Below, piece by piece: positions 19,076-27,932 of a stretch of DNA of 64,000 nt. The notes beneath the pieces were generated by a model that made no database searches, was not told where the DNA came from, and saw nothing but the letters and a program-made list of their open reading frames with translations. Source of the DNA: Candidatus Aminicenantaceae bacterium (GTDB lineage: Bacteria; Acidobacteriota; Aminicenantia; Aminicenantales; Aminicenantaceae); NCBI GenBank assembly GCA_041862375.1, contig JBGVTE010000141.1:6465-70464 (forward strand), written 5' to 3'. Positions within the stretch are counted from its first letter, which is position 1. The number at the start of each line of letters is the position of its first letter. The translations under genes were made by a program, and so were the position numbers.

Positions 19076-19331
19076 CTTCTTCCTCCTCTTTCTCTTTTTT
19101 TAGAGTGACAAATATGGCAAATTCAGGACAAATTGTCTCGCAGAGTTGGCAGTAGAGGCACTCCTCCTCATCCTTTACTCGAGGAGGATGATAACCTTTT
19201 ATGTTAAATTCTTCAGACAACTCAAGAACATCTTTTGGACAATATTCTACGCAAAATGCACAACCCTTGCATCTATCTTTGTTAATATGTATTTTGCCCC
19301 TTTTGGCTTTTAAATCGCCAAAATAAACCAT
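19050..19331 (-). CDS. korD: 2-oxoacid:ferredoxin oxidoreductase delta subunit (2x[4Fe-4S] ferredoxin)
   Basis: '[12 protein letters not shown]' and '[12 protein letters not shown]'. 93 aa, directly upstream of korA. Confidence 0.8.
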   Translation of the reverse strand: MVYFGDLKAKRGKIHINKDRCKGCAFCVEYCPKDVLELSEEFNIKGYHPPRVKDEEECLYCQLCETICPEFAIFVTLKKEKEEEEGEKGESRP

Positions 19332-19338
19332 TTGTTCC

Positions 19339-20217
19339 TCAAATCAATCCTTTTTCTTTTAAAATCGGCCTTGGGTCAACATAATGAAGGTCAAATCTTA
19401 GGTTTTTTTCGGAACAATCCAAGGCAATAGCCATAACCTGAGTAAAATAAAGGATAGGAATGTTCTTAAAGTCTGGATATTTCTGTACAGTCTCTTTTTG
19501 GCGTTGGTCCAGGTTGAAGGCACAAAGAGGGCAACTGACAATCACAACCTCAGCGCCCTGGCTTTGGGCTGAGGAGAGGATGTGGTAAGTTCGATCAGCC
19601 ACAATTTCAGGTTTGTCAACCGTTTGATAAGCAGCACAGCACTCTGTCTTGTAAGGAAAATCAATCGGAATTGCACCCAGAGCAGCCATAAGATTTTCCA
19701 GGATTGTTGGATTTTCAACATCATCCAAGCCTATATCTTTGGGGCGTACGAGGAGACATCCGTAATAGCTAGCAATTTTTAGATTTTTTAATGGATTAAC
19801 TGCTTTTTCAGCGATGGTCTCAAACGTTATTTCATCTTTCAACAACTCCAAAAGGTGGAGCACTTTTACATCGCCTGCATAGTCGATTTTCTCTCTATAC
19901 ATAAACTTGTTTATCTTTTCCAAGCTTTCTGGATCTGCTTTAACCCGTTCGTTCACTCTTTTTAGAGTGTTGTAGCACATGGCGCAGAGAGTCATGACTC
20001 TGTCTGAGTTTGACTCTTTGACTCGAATGAGGTTACGGATGGGAGCCACGTGGTGAATCAAATCATCAGTGGCTAATGAAAAGACTGTCCCGCAACAGTT
20101 CCATCGTGGGAGCTCTTCGATCTCGACGCCGAGATGTTTTAAAGAACATAGAGTTGAGTCTTCAAAGTTTTTCGCATTGTTTTTCAGAGTGCAACCTGGA
20201 TAATAGCTTATTTTCAT
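19339..20217 (-). CDS. hdrB: heterodisulfide reductase subunit B-like protein (two CCG domains)
   Basis: 'YYPGC' with 'WNCCGT', and 'YYGC' with 'TECCAAY', in the duplicated CCG-domain arrangement. Confidence 0.85.
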   Translation of the reverse strand: MKISYYPGCTLKNNAKNFEDSTLCSLKHLGVEIEELPRWNCCGTVFSLATDDLIHHVAPIRNLIRVKESNSDRVMTLCAMCYNTLKRVNERVKADPESLEKINKFMYREKIDYAGDVKVLHLLELLKDEITFETIAEKAVNPLKNLKIASYYGCLLVRPKDIGLDDVENPTILENLMAALGAIPIDFPYKTECCAAYQTVDKPEIVADRTYHILSSAQSQGAEVVIVSCPLCAFNLDQRQKETVQKYPDFKNIPILYFTQVMAIALDCSEKNLRFDLHYVDPRPILKEKGLI

Positions 20218-20268
20218 TATGATTCCCTATATTATTAAGATTAAAAAAATAATGTATCATAATTAATT

Positions 20269-20676
20269 TTAAGAGGTAAATTTTCTCATACTGCTGATCA
20301 TGGCTATGGGAGGAACACTACCTTTTTCTTCGCTTGTAAGCTTTTTAACTTTAAGATGATCCTCTCTCTTTCTCAGTAAGACTTGTCTTAGAGCTTCAAT
20401 TACTTCAGCTATGTTGATTCCTTTTGGACAACGGGCATTGCAGGTAAAACAGGAAGCACATATCCAAATAGACTTAGCCTGTAAAAGTTCATCCTTTAAT
20501 CCAAGCTGGGCGTAGCGGATTATTTGGTTGGGGAGGATATCCATCTCAGAAACTGCGGGACACCCAGCAGAGCACTTGCCGCACTGATAACAGGCGAGGA
20601 GATTCTGCCCGCTGATTTCTTCAACTTTAGTCACAAAGTTGTCTTTGATCTTTTTTCTGGAGATATTTATTCTCAT
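20269..20676 (-). CDS. hdrC: heterodisulfide reductase subunit C-like 4Fe-4S protein
   Basis: 'CYQCGKCSAGCP' and 'CASCFTCNARCP'. 135 aa, upstream of hdrB. Confidence 0.8.
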   Translation of the reverse strand: MRINISRKKIKDNFVTKVEEISGQNLLACYQCGKCSAGCPAVSEMDILPNQIIRYAQLGLKDELLQAKSIWICASCFTCNARCPKGINIAEVIEALRQVLLRKREDHLKVKKLTSEEKGSVPPIAMISSMRKFTS

Positions 20677-20716
20677 GGGTGAGACTCTTTTTTAAGCGAA
20701 ATATGGGGTAATTATT

Positions 20717-20735
20717 TCCTATAATTATTATAGGA
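20717..20735. promoter_or_regulatory. perfect 9-1-9 palindrome TCCTATAAT-T-ATTATAGGA; candidate operator overlapping a -10 box upstream of hdrC
   Basis: Read directly from the sequence. It lies 41-59 nt upstream of the hdrC ATG, contains TATAAT on both strands, and an extra ATATAGGA half-site follows at 20740-20747. Confidence 0.45.
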
Positions 20736-20817
20736 TTAATATAGGAAAGAATTACCTTTAAGTAAAACATATTTAGGAAAAACTGTCAAGAAAATTGATG
20801 AAATTTAATGAAAATTT

Positions 20818-22992
20818 TTATAGTTTTCTCAAACCTCCTACTAGAAAGAGGAAGCAGAAAGAATTGAGAATAAAGAGATATTTTACTAGAAGAGGAAGTC
20901 CAAAGAGAGGAATAATGAGAGTAGAAGCTATGAGTGCGCCTGAAAAGGAACCCAATAAATCCAAGCCGTAGCCCAATCCATAGTTTTTACGTTCTTCCAG
21001 AAAGAGGTTGTTTGAAACAACAAATAAGTCTCCTCCAAGAAAGCCAAGGACCAGCAGAAATAAAAATGAGGAAAATTCTGGCGGGGATAATTTTAATGAG
21101 AAATTCAGAAGGAGAAGGAGAAGGAGAAAACCAAACTGGATGAAAAGAATTTGGGAGAAATGATATTTTTTTCTTATTGTGCCTCGGAATGCCCCCAGTA
21201 GCAAGCCTGTCATAAAAGAAGTTAATAGAAGGGCAATCCTTCTGTAGAGGTAGCCAAACTGGGTTTGAAAAAAGATGATGATAATTATTTCAGCAACAAT
21301 AGTTGTAAAGCCCATAACAGCCAAGGGAACCAGGAAAAAGTTTGTCTTTTTTCCCCTCAGCCAGAGTAATAAAAGAAAAAGGATAAAGACGAGCAGAGGT
21401 AAGTCGAGAAGCCAAAAAGAGTTAATCTCAGAAAAGAAAGAAAGAACTCTTTTTTCTATTCCCTTAAATTGAGTGCTCCATAAGATTGAGGTATAAAAGT
21501 AGCTTATAGGGATTAAATCCAGGTTTATAATTCTCTTTCCTTTTGTAATTTTTTCTTTGAGGAGGTCTACTCTTAAGCGATTAAGACGAGAAAATAAAAG
21601 ATGGGGGCTGACAAAGGAGTTTTGGAGGTCTAGCTTTTCTATTTTTCTGTTTAATTCTTCAAAATCTATAGAGAGGAGGCGGTCTGAAGCAAGAAAAATG
21701 TTTGTATCACCAGGGACAATTTCGATTTTTGCAAAGATTTCTTTTAGGGTGAAATAGAGAGAGGAAAGAAAATTCTGCAACTCAAGACTGACATAGTTCT
21801 CAGCTGAGGGCACCCTAAACGAAACTAATCCTTTCTCTGTGAGTTTTTCTTTGGCCTTAAGGAAAAATTCTTTTGTATAAAATCTGTTTATCTGAGCTGT
21901 TGAAGGCTCAGGAAGGTTGAGGATGATAATGTCGTATTTTTTTTCAACTCTGTATAGAAAAGCTCTGCCATCCTCGAAGTAAATCTGAACTCTCCCGCTT
22001 TTTAGATACATCTTTTCTTCTTCAGGCAGAAGTTGAAGGGATAAACTGATTATTTCAGGGTCTAATTCTACGTAATCTACCTCAACCTGAGAGTATTTTA
22101 AAAGCTGTTTCAGGCTTCCCCCAACTCCTCCACCTATGAGCAGGACATTTTTTGCTTGGGGATTTTGAAGGAGAGCAAAATGAATAGATTCTTCTGAAGA
22201 AGCTAAATCAGGGTGAGAATATACGAGAAGACTGTTGTTGTAGAGAGAAATCTGCTCTTCAGTCTTTATACACTGAAGCTTTCCGTAGCGGCTGTCCTTG
22301 CTCTTCATTAGGTGAAAAGGTGTCCAATAGATCTTCTGGGTTGGTATATCGAGAAGTACAAAAGCAGAGAGTGCGACAAGAGAAAGAACAAATAAAAATC
22401 CTTCTTTCCTTCTTCTTAAAGTCAGAAAAGTTAATAGAGAAGAAAATCCTCCAACAATTGCAACGCCTTGCCAGTTTGAAAAAAAAGGAATTAGAAAGAA
22501 GTAAGCTGCGAGTCCTCCGAGTGATGCTCCGAGAGATTCCAAAAGATAGACTTGCATAAGGTTTCCACTTCTGAAAAAGACATTAAAAACAAAGAGGATT
22601 CCGAGAGGAGAACTTATGAAAAAAGATAAAATCATAGAGAAGACTATCGCTGTGGTGAGACCTGTCATTTCTCCGGGTAAGATTTTCAGGAAGAAACGTG
22701 AAAACCTGAGGCAAAGAAGTGATAAGGGAAAAGCAAGGATGACAAGATAATAGACTCGAGAAAGCATGGAGGGTCTGAATGAAAATTTCGAGGCAGAAAT
22801 ACTTCCTACGCCACCCCAAAGAAGCCATGAGGCTAGAAGAAGGCCATATGTGATTTCATTTCCGTAAAAATGAGCTGAGAATTCTCTCAAGAGAAAGATT
22901 TGAAAGGAAAGGGCTAAGAATCCCAGAAGGAAGGAGGGGAGGAGGTTTATCAACTCCAAATTCCGGGTATGGGTGTTCTGCAGAACCTGCAT
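20818..22992 (-). CDS. polytopic membrane protein with a central spermidine-synthase-like (SpeE-fold) domain; non-canonical active site
   Basis: Multiple hydrophobic segments at both ends. Central motifs 'VLLIGGGVGGS', 'VELDPEI' and 'YDIIILNLPEPS' match the SpeE scaffold, but the canonical Asp residues are replaced. Confidence 0.7.
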   Translation of the reverse strand: MQVLQNTHTRNLELINLLPSFLLGFLALSFQIFLLREFSAHFYGNEITYGLLLASWLLWGGVGSISASKFSFRPSMLSRVYYLVILAFPLSLLCLRFSRFFLKILPGEMTGLTTAIVFSMILSFFISSPLGILFVFNVFFRSGNLMQVYLLESLGASLGGLAAYFFLIPFFSNWQGVAIVGGFSSLLTFLTLRRRKEGFLFVLSLVALSAFVLLDIPTQKIYWTPFHLMKSKDSRYGKLQCIKTEEQISLYNNSLLVYSHPDLASSEESIHFALLQNPQAKNVLLIGGGVGGSLKQLLKYSQVEVDYVELDPEIISLSLQLLPEEEKMYLKSGRVQIYFEDGRAFLYRVEKKYDIIILNLPEPSTAQINRFYTKEFFLKAKEKLTEKGLVSFRVPSAENYVSLELQNFLSSLYFTLKEIFAKIEIVPGDTNIFLASDRLLSIDFEELNRKIEKLDLQNSFVSPHLLFSRLNRLRVDLLKEKITKGKRIINLDLIPISYFYTSILWSTQFKGIEKRVLSFFSEINSFWLLDLPLLVFILFLLLLWLRGKKTNFFLVPLAVMGFTTIVAEIIIIIFFQTQFGYLYRRIALLLTSFMTGLLLGAFRGTIRKKYHFSQILFIQFGFLLLLLLLNFSLKLSPPEFSSFLFLLVLGFLGGDLFVVSNNLFLEERKNYGLGYGLDLLGSFSGALIASTLIIPLFGLPLLVKYLFILNSFCFLFLVGGLRKL

Positions 22993-24068
22993 TTTCCTCC
23001 ACTGAGCTCGATTTTCATTATTTGATAACCAACCCGCTTGACAACTATGTTTTTGCAGCTAGGACAATAAGTGCTTTCTGCCTTATGGCCGGGTATATTT
23101 CCTATGTAGACGTAGTGAAGCCCTTCTTCGAGCGCCACTTTATGAGCCTTTTCCAACGTTGATACAGGAGTGGGTGGAAGATTTTTAACAAGATACATAG
23201 GGTGAAATCGAGAAAAGTGAACTGGAACATCAGGTCCGATCTCTTTCCTGAGCCAGCGGCACATCTTCCTGATTTCTTCTGGCCTATCGTTTAAGGTTGG
23301 AATCACGAGATAAACTATCTCAAGCCATGTATCGCTTCTGTTGACAATTTTAATTGCCTCTAGCACTGGCTCTAATTTTCCCTTCACATAGCTGTGGTAA
23401 AAATCCCCAGAGAAGGATTTTAAGTCAATTTTTATAGCATCTACTACCTTTATTAGATCTTGAAGAGGCTCAGGATTTATATGCCCACCGGTGATAACAA
23501 CATTTCTGATTCTTTTTCTGCGTGCCTCTACCGAAGTGTCAAACATGTATTCAAAGAAAATGACCGGTTCTGTATAAGTGTAGGCAATAGAAGGACATTT
23601 ATATTTTTGAGCATAATTAACAACAGATGAAGGAGGGAAATCATAATGTCTCACCTGTTCCGGTCTTACCTGGGATATCTCCCAATTCTGGCAAAACTTA
23701 CAGTTAACATTACAGCCTGCAGTGGCGATGGATAGCGCATTCGTTTTTGGAAGAAAGTGAAAAAAAGGTTTCTTTTCTATTGGATCAACATGGATGGCAC
23801 AGGCTTTTCCGTAGACTAAGGTATAGTATTTTCCTCCTATGTTTTCTCTCACTCCACAGTACCCTCTTTCCTTATCGCCAAGTTTGCAAAATCGAGGACA
23901 GAGGGTGCATTCTATTTCCCTGTCAGGATGTTTCTTGTAGTAGCGGGCTTCAACCTTGGAGAGGTTTGCATACTCTCCAAAAGCGAATGAATCCATAAAA
24001 TAGGGAGTAAGACTGGAACTAGCAATGAAACTTGCTCCTGCTGATTTAAGAAATTGACGTCTTTTCAT
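22950..24068 (-). CDS. AmmeMemoRadiSam-type radical SAM enzyme with a twin-arginine signal; start placed at MKRRQF
   Basis: 'KRRQFLKSAGASFIASSS' Tat-like leader, 'CNVNCKFCQNWE' CxxxCxxC motif, 'CGVRENIGGKYYTLVYGK', and a C-terminal Cys pair. The track ORF starts 10 codons earlier, at 24098. Confidence 0.75.
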   Translation of the reverse strand: MKRRQFLKSAGASFIASSSLTPYFMDSFAFGEYANLSKVEARYYKKHPDREIECTLCPRFCKLGDKERGYCGVRENIGGKYYTLVYGKACAIHVDPIEKKPFFHFLPKTNALSIATAGCNVNCKFCQNWEISQVRPEQVRHYDFPPSSVVNYAQKYKCPSIAYTYTEPVIFFEYMFDTSVEARRKRIRNVVITGGHINPEPLQDLIKVVDAIKIDLKSFSGDFYHSYVKGKLEPVLEAIKIVNRSDTWLEIVYLVIPTLNDRPEEIRKMCRWLRKEIGPDVPVHFSRFHPMYLVKNLPPTPVSTLEKAHKVALEEGLHYVYIGNIPGHKAESTYCPSCKNIVVKRVGYQIMKIELSGGKCRFCRTPIPGIWS

Positions 24069-24163
24069 CTTCTTGATAAAGCCGGACTCGATAACCAAAA
24101 AAAAGGATTTTTTATGGTATTTTTATGTAAAAAAATTTAATTTTTCTCTTTTAATTCATTATA

Positions 24164-25060
24164 TCATACTTCTTCTTCAATGATTTGAATAAATTTGGAT
24201 TGTGCTCTTCCTAAGCCCATTTTTTCAGCAGTGATGAAATATTGTGGTTCTCTATTTTCTTCTTTTAATGAGGGAAGCCCTTTTTCAGCTCGCAATTTTT
24301 CGATAATTTGCCAGCCTACAAAATCCGCTGCCACAGGGTCGGAGCTGAATATTAAGGCTTCATATCTTTTCGCCCATGGGCTGTGAAAAGATGGCCCACG
24401 ATGATATTGAACAATAAGGCAATCCAGGATAGAAAGTTTATGCTTTCTCTTAATGAATTTGGAGTCGAAGAGTTCAGGAATAAAAGGATTGCAGTTATCA
24501 TCATGATATTTATTTGGATTATGAATTGTGCCAAAGTAGTTTTTCATTCCCGCTGTGACACCTGCGAGTCCATGGTCTTTCAATACAGCAAAACTGATAG
24601 AAGCTGTTATAAGTTCTGATTGAATGGAGGAAAAAATACTGCCAATATTAAGGTGAGAAATAAGGCCAGAATTATATCCTGCACCATCAGTGTCTGTTCC
24701 GAAGATTTTAACTCCAGCTCCACTGAGGTTGAGGCGGTAACCAGCCTCCCTCAATTCTCGGTTTGTCCTGTCCCAAATAATTATGTTTTTTCCTTGGATA
24801 CCGTTTTCTGAGAGTATATTGGATAAACAGATTGTTGCCTCAGGGCGGGAAGTTAATTTTCTTCCGGCAATTGTATTGATTTTTATTCCAATTCTCTCTC
24901 TTGGCCTGAAGAAAACACTAACGCTTTCCCTCAGGCTTGATTGTTCTGTTAATATTTGAAATCCTCGAGTGTACATTTGAATCAGTTTTTTTTGATCGAT
25001 CATACTGCCTGAAGAAAGAACTCCTCTTCCTCTTACTATGGCGACTTTGGATAACTTCAT
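24164..25060 (-). CDS. DUF362-like protein
   Basis: Length and overall pattern ('VAIVRG', 'IGIKINT', 'GTIHNPNKYH') resemble DUF362. No database check was done. Confidence 0.45.
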   Translation of the reverse strand: MKLSKVAIVRGRGVLSSGSMIDQKKLIQMYTRGFQILTEQSSLRESVSVFFRPRERIGIKINTIAGRKLTSRPEATICLSNILSENGIQGKNIIIWDRTNRELREAGYRLNLSGAGVKIFGTDTDGAGYNSGLISHLNIGSIFSSIQSELITASISFAVLKDHGLAGVTAGMKNYFGTIHNPNKYHDDNCNPFIPELFDSKFIKRKHKLSILDCLIVQYHRGPSFHSPWAKRYEALIFSSDPVAADFVGWQIIEKLRAEKGLPSLKEENREPQYFITAEKMGLGRAQSKFIQIIEEEV

Positions 25061-25284
25061 TACAATTAAAAATTACTCTGATTTAATGATTGTGTCAATA
25101 AAAGCAAAAAACGTTTGTTTCATTCATTTCTTTTTTAGACAGTTCTAGTAAATAAATACTTTGCGAAGTAGAATTAAGACATGAGTTGTTAAAAAAGTGG
25201 GAAGGAACTGCGATTATTGAAAATGAGAAAATGGCCTGGAAGAAAGGTTGCCATTCTTTCGTAATAGAAGATGGATGAATTTAC

Positions 25285-25313
25285 TTGTCAAAATTTTGAT
25301 TTAAGATTATAGT
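25285..25313 (+). promoter_or_regulatory. candidate sigma70-type promoter TTGTCA-17-TATAGT
   Basis: Hexamers and 17-nt spacer read directly from the sequence. Located upstream of the secreted-protein gene. Confidence 0.35.
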
Positions 25314-25424
25314 TGAACCCTGCTGGAATTTGCTAAAGCTGTGTCCACTTGACTAACTTCGAATTCACAAGAAGCAATTTTTTCCAGCTTGAATATATTA
25401 TTAAGAGTTAAAGGAGCTTTAGTT

Positions 25425-26327
25425 GTGAAAAAGATTGTTGTACTTTCATTTTCCATCATTTTTTTTCTTTTCGTTCTAAAAGTAGAAGGAACCTCTCTAG
25501 AAAAAGGTGACATTTCTTATCTTAAGGCTCTTTTGCCCGAGGTTCAGTCTTGGAAGCTTTCAGAAGAGCCGCAGGACTATTCTCCTGAAATCCTTTTTGA
25601 GTATATAGATGGAGCTGCTGAAATATATTTATCTTATAATTTTGAGAAGTTAATTGTTGCTCAGTACCAAAAGGTAGATTCTGCTGCTTCCTTGACTATA
25701 GAAATTTACGATATGGGAAACGAAAAAAATTCTTTTGGCATCTACAGTGTAGAAAGATTTCCGGAGAGCAACTATCTTACTTTAGGGAATGGAGGCTATA
25801 TGGAAGAGGGTGCCTTGAATTTCATTGTAGGCACATACTATGTAAAACTTCTTTGTTTTGAGTGTGAAGATTATTCTGAAGACTCATTAAAATTGTTTTC
25901 TCAAAATATTATAAAAAATGTAAAAGATAAAAAGGATCTCCCTCCTCTTTTAGAGTTCTTTCCCGAGGAAGGGCTGGTTGAGTACAGCTCTAAGTTTATC
26001 TTGCGTAATTTTTTGGGCCAAAACTTTTTCCACAATGGCTACATTGCTTCCTATAGACTTGAAGACCTTGAGTTTGATTGTTTCTTTATTGAAGGGAAGA
26101 ATGAGAAGGAAGCAGAGAAGATGCTAAGCAAGTATTTTGAGTATTATGCTCAGAATAACAAACATGTGCAAAAAATTCCCTTGGGCTATCATATAAAGAA
26201 TAGCTATTACAAAAATGTTTATGTGGCTCAGGTTAAGAACTATATTTGCGGTGTGTTCAAGATTAAAGATGGCAGCGAGAGCGTGGGTAAGAGATACCTT
26301 AAGTTTTTAATCGACCAGTTGCGGTGA
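25425..26327 (+). CDS. secreted hypothetical protein; GTG start after AAAGGAG
   Basis: Signal peptide 'VKKIVVLSFSIIFFLFVLKVEG'. AAAGGAG lies 8 nt upstream of GTG 25425. The track ORF starts at TTG 25389. Confidence 0.55.
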   Translation: MKKIVVLSFSIIFFLFVLKVEGTSLEKGDISYLKALLPEVQSWKLSEEPQDYSPEILFEYIDGAAEIYLSYNFEKLIVAQYQKVDSAASLTIEIYDMGNEKNSFGIYSVERFPESNYLTLGNGGYMEEGALNFIVGTYYVKLLCFECEDYSEDSLKLFSQNIIKNVKDKKDLPPLLEFFPEEGLVEYSSKFILRNFLGQNFFHNGYIASYRLEDLEFDCFFIEGKNEKEAEKMLSKYFEYYAQNNKHVQKIPLGYHIKNSYYKNVYVAQVKNYICGVFKIKDGSESVGKRYLKFLIDQLR

Positions 26328-27702
26328 TTCCCTCTAATTCTTTCACACTCTTTGGTATAGATTTTCCTAGGATTTTGTGCCCCCTATCTGTGACGAGCAC
26401 GTTGTCCTCAATCCGAATTCCCCCAAAATTCCTGTACTCTTCGACCTTATCATAATCGATGAATTGAGTGAATTTATGCTCGTCTTTCCACTTATCAATC
26501 AGGGCAGGGATAAAATAAATTCCAGGCTCAACTGTCACCACAAATCCAGGCTGAAGCTCTCTGGCAAGCCTTAAATAAGCAAAGCCAAACTGGTCACTCC
26601 TTTTTGTCGTCTCATCATAACCCACGAAATCTTCTCCTAAATCTTCCATATCATGAACATCAAGCCCAATCATGTGGCCTATTCCATGGGGAAAGAATAA
26701 GGCGTGAGCTCCTTCCCTTAATGCATCCTCAATATCGCTCTTCATCAATCCTAACTCTTTCAATCCAGTTGCTATATTTTTTGCAGTTTCAAGGTGGATC
26801 TCCCTATATTTAAGGCCAGGCTTAATCGATTGAATGGCTTTTTCTTGTGAATCGTGGACAATTTCGTATATTTCTTTTTGCTTTTGATTGAATTTTCCTC
26901 CTATAGGGAATGTGCGGGTAATATCGGCAGCATAGTGTAATTCAGACTCTGCACCGGAATCATTCACAAGCAGTCGACCTTCTTTAAGTACGTTCCCGTA
27001 ATAGTGATTGTGCAATATTTGTCCGTTGATTGTTAGTATAGTTGGAAAAGCAGGAAAACAGCCATGGGAGAGGATAATTCCTTCCATTATTCCTACAATT
27101 TCTTTCTCATAAACACCAGGTTTAGCCATCCTCATTGCTGTTGTGTGTATTTCGTAAGTAATGGCGTGAGCTTTTTCCATCTCTTCGATTTCTTCTTTTG
27201 TCTTGATTGATCTCTGATCAACTACTGCTTTTATGAGTTCCTCTGAAGCATTACCTTGAGTGACATCAGGACTGAAGCCCAGTAAGTGAGATATCTTGAG
27301 CTTTGTCTCTGGTCGGTACAGAGGGAGATAGTGAATCTTTTTTCCCTGTTGAATGGCCTGTTTTACTGTCATTTCCAGATGATCCAATGGTACTGTATTT
27401 TTAATTCCTGATTGTTCAGCTCTTTCTTTTAAAGAAGGCTGATAACCCATCCAGATGATATCCTCGATATCCACGTCATCCCCAAAAACGATATCCTTAT
27501 TGTCATCAATATCTATAACACCTGCAAGAGAGGGAAAATCAAGGCCAAAAAAATACAAAAAAGTGCTGTCCTGTCTGAAGTGGTAAGGATTTTGTGGATA
27601 ATTCATAGGAGATTCCTCATTCCCCCAAAAAAGAATCATACCTGATTTTATCTGTTCTTTTAAACGATCTCTCCTTTGAATATAGATACTAGAGTCAAAC
27701 AT
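26299..27702 (-). CDS. pepP: Xaa-Pro aminopeptidase (M24B family)
   Basis: 'HGIGHMIGLDVHD' and 'GGIRIEDNVLVT' metal-ligand motifs. Confidence 0.85.
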   Translation of the reverse strand: MFDSSIYIQRRDRLKEQIKSGMILFWGNEESPMNYPQNPYHFRQDSTFLYFFGLDFPSLAGVIDIDDNKDIVFGDDVDIEDIIWMGYQPSLKERAEQSGIKNTVPLDHLEMTVKQAIQQGKKIHYLPLYRPETKLKISHLLGFSPDVTQGNASEELIKAVVDQRSIKTKEEIEEMEKAHAITYEIHTTAMRMAKPGVYEKEIVGIMEGIILSHGCFPAFPTILTINGQILHNHYYGNVLKEGRLLVNDSGAESELHYAADITRTFPIGGKFNQKQKEIYEIVHDSQEKAIQSIKPGLKYREIHLETAKNIATGLKELGLMKSDIEDALREGAHALFFPHGIGHMIGLDVHDMEDLGEDFVGYDETTKRSDQFGFAYLRLARELQPGFVVTVEPGIYFIPALIDKWKDEHKFTQFIDYDKVEEYRNFGGIRIEDNVLVTDRGHKILGKSIPKSVKELEGITATGRLKT

Positions 27703-27932
27703 CTTTTTTCTCCTTATATGTAATTAACTTTTTAACTGGTATTTGATATATCAACTCTCATCTTTAAAATCAATAAATAAAAAAGCGGAGTACATTCAAT
27801 CAGAAAAGTGAAACAGAAGACAAGGCAAAATTTATAATAAGGAGAGAGCCTGCTGATTGTCCTGTTATTTCAGGGCGTTACACGTTGCTCAGGATCTTGC
27901 TGATAAGGCAGGATAAGTAGAGAGGTTTTTGC

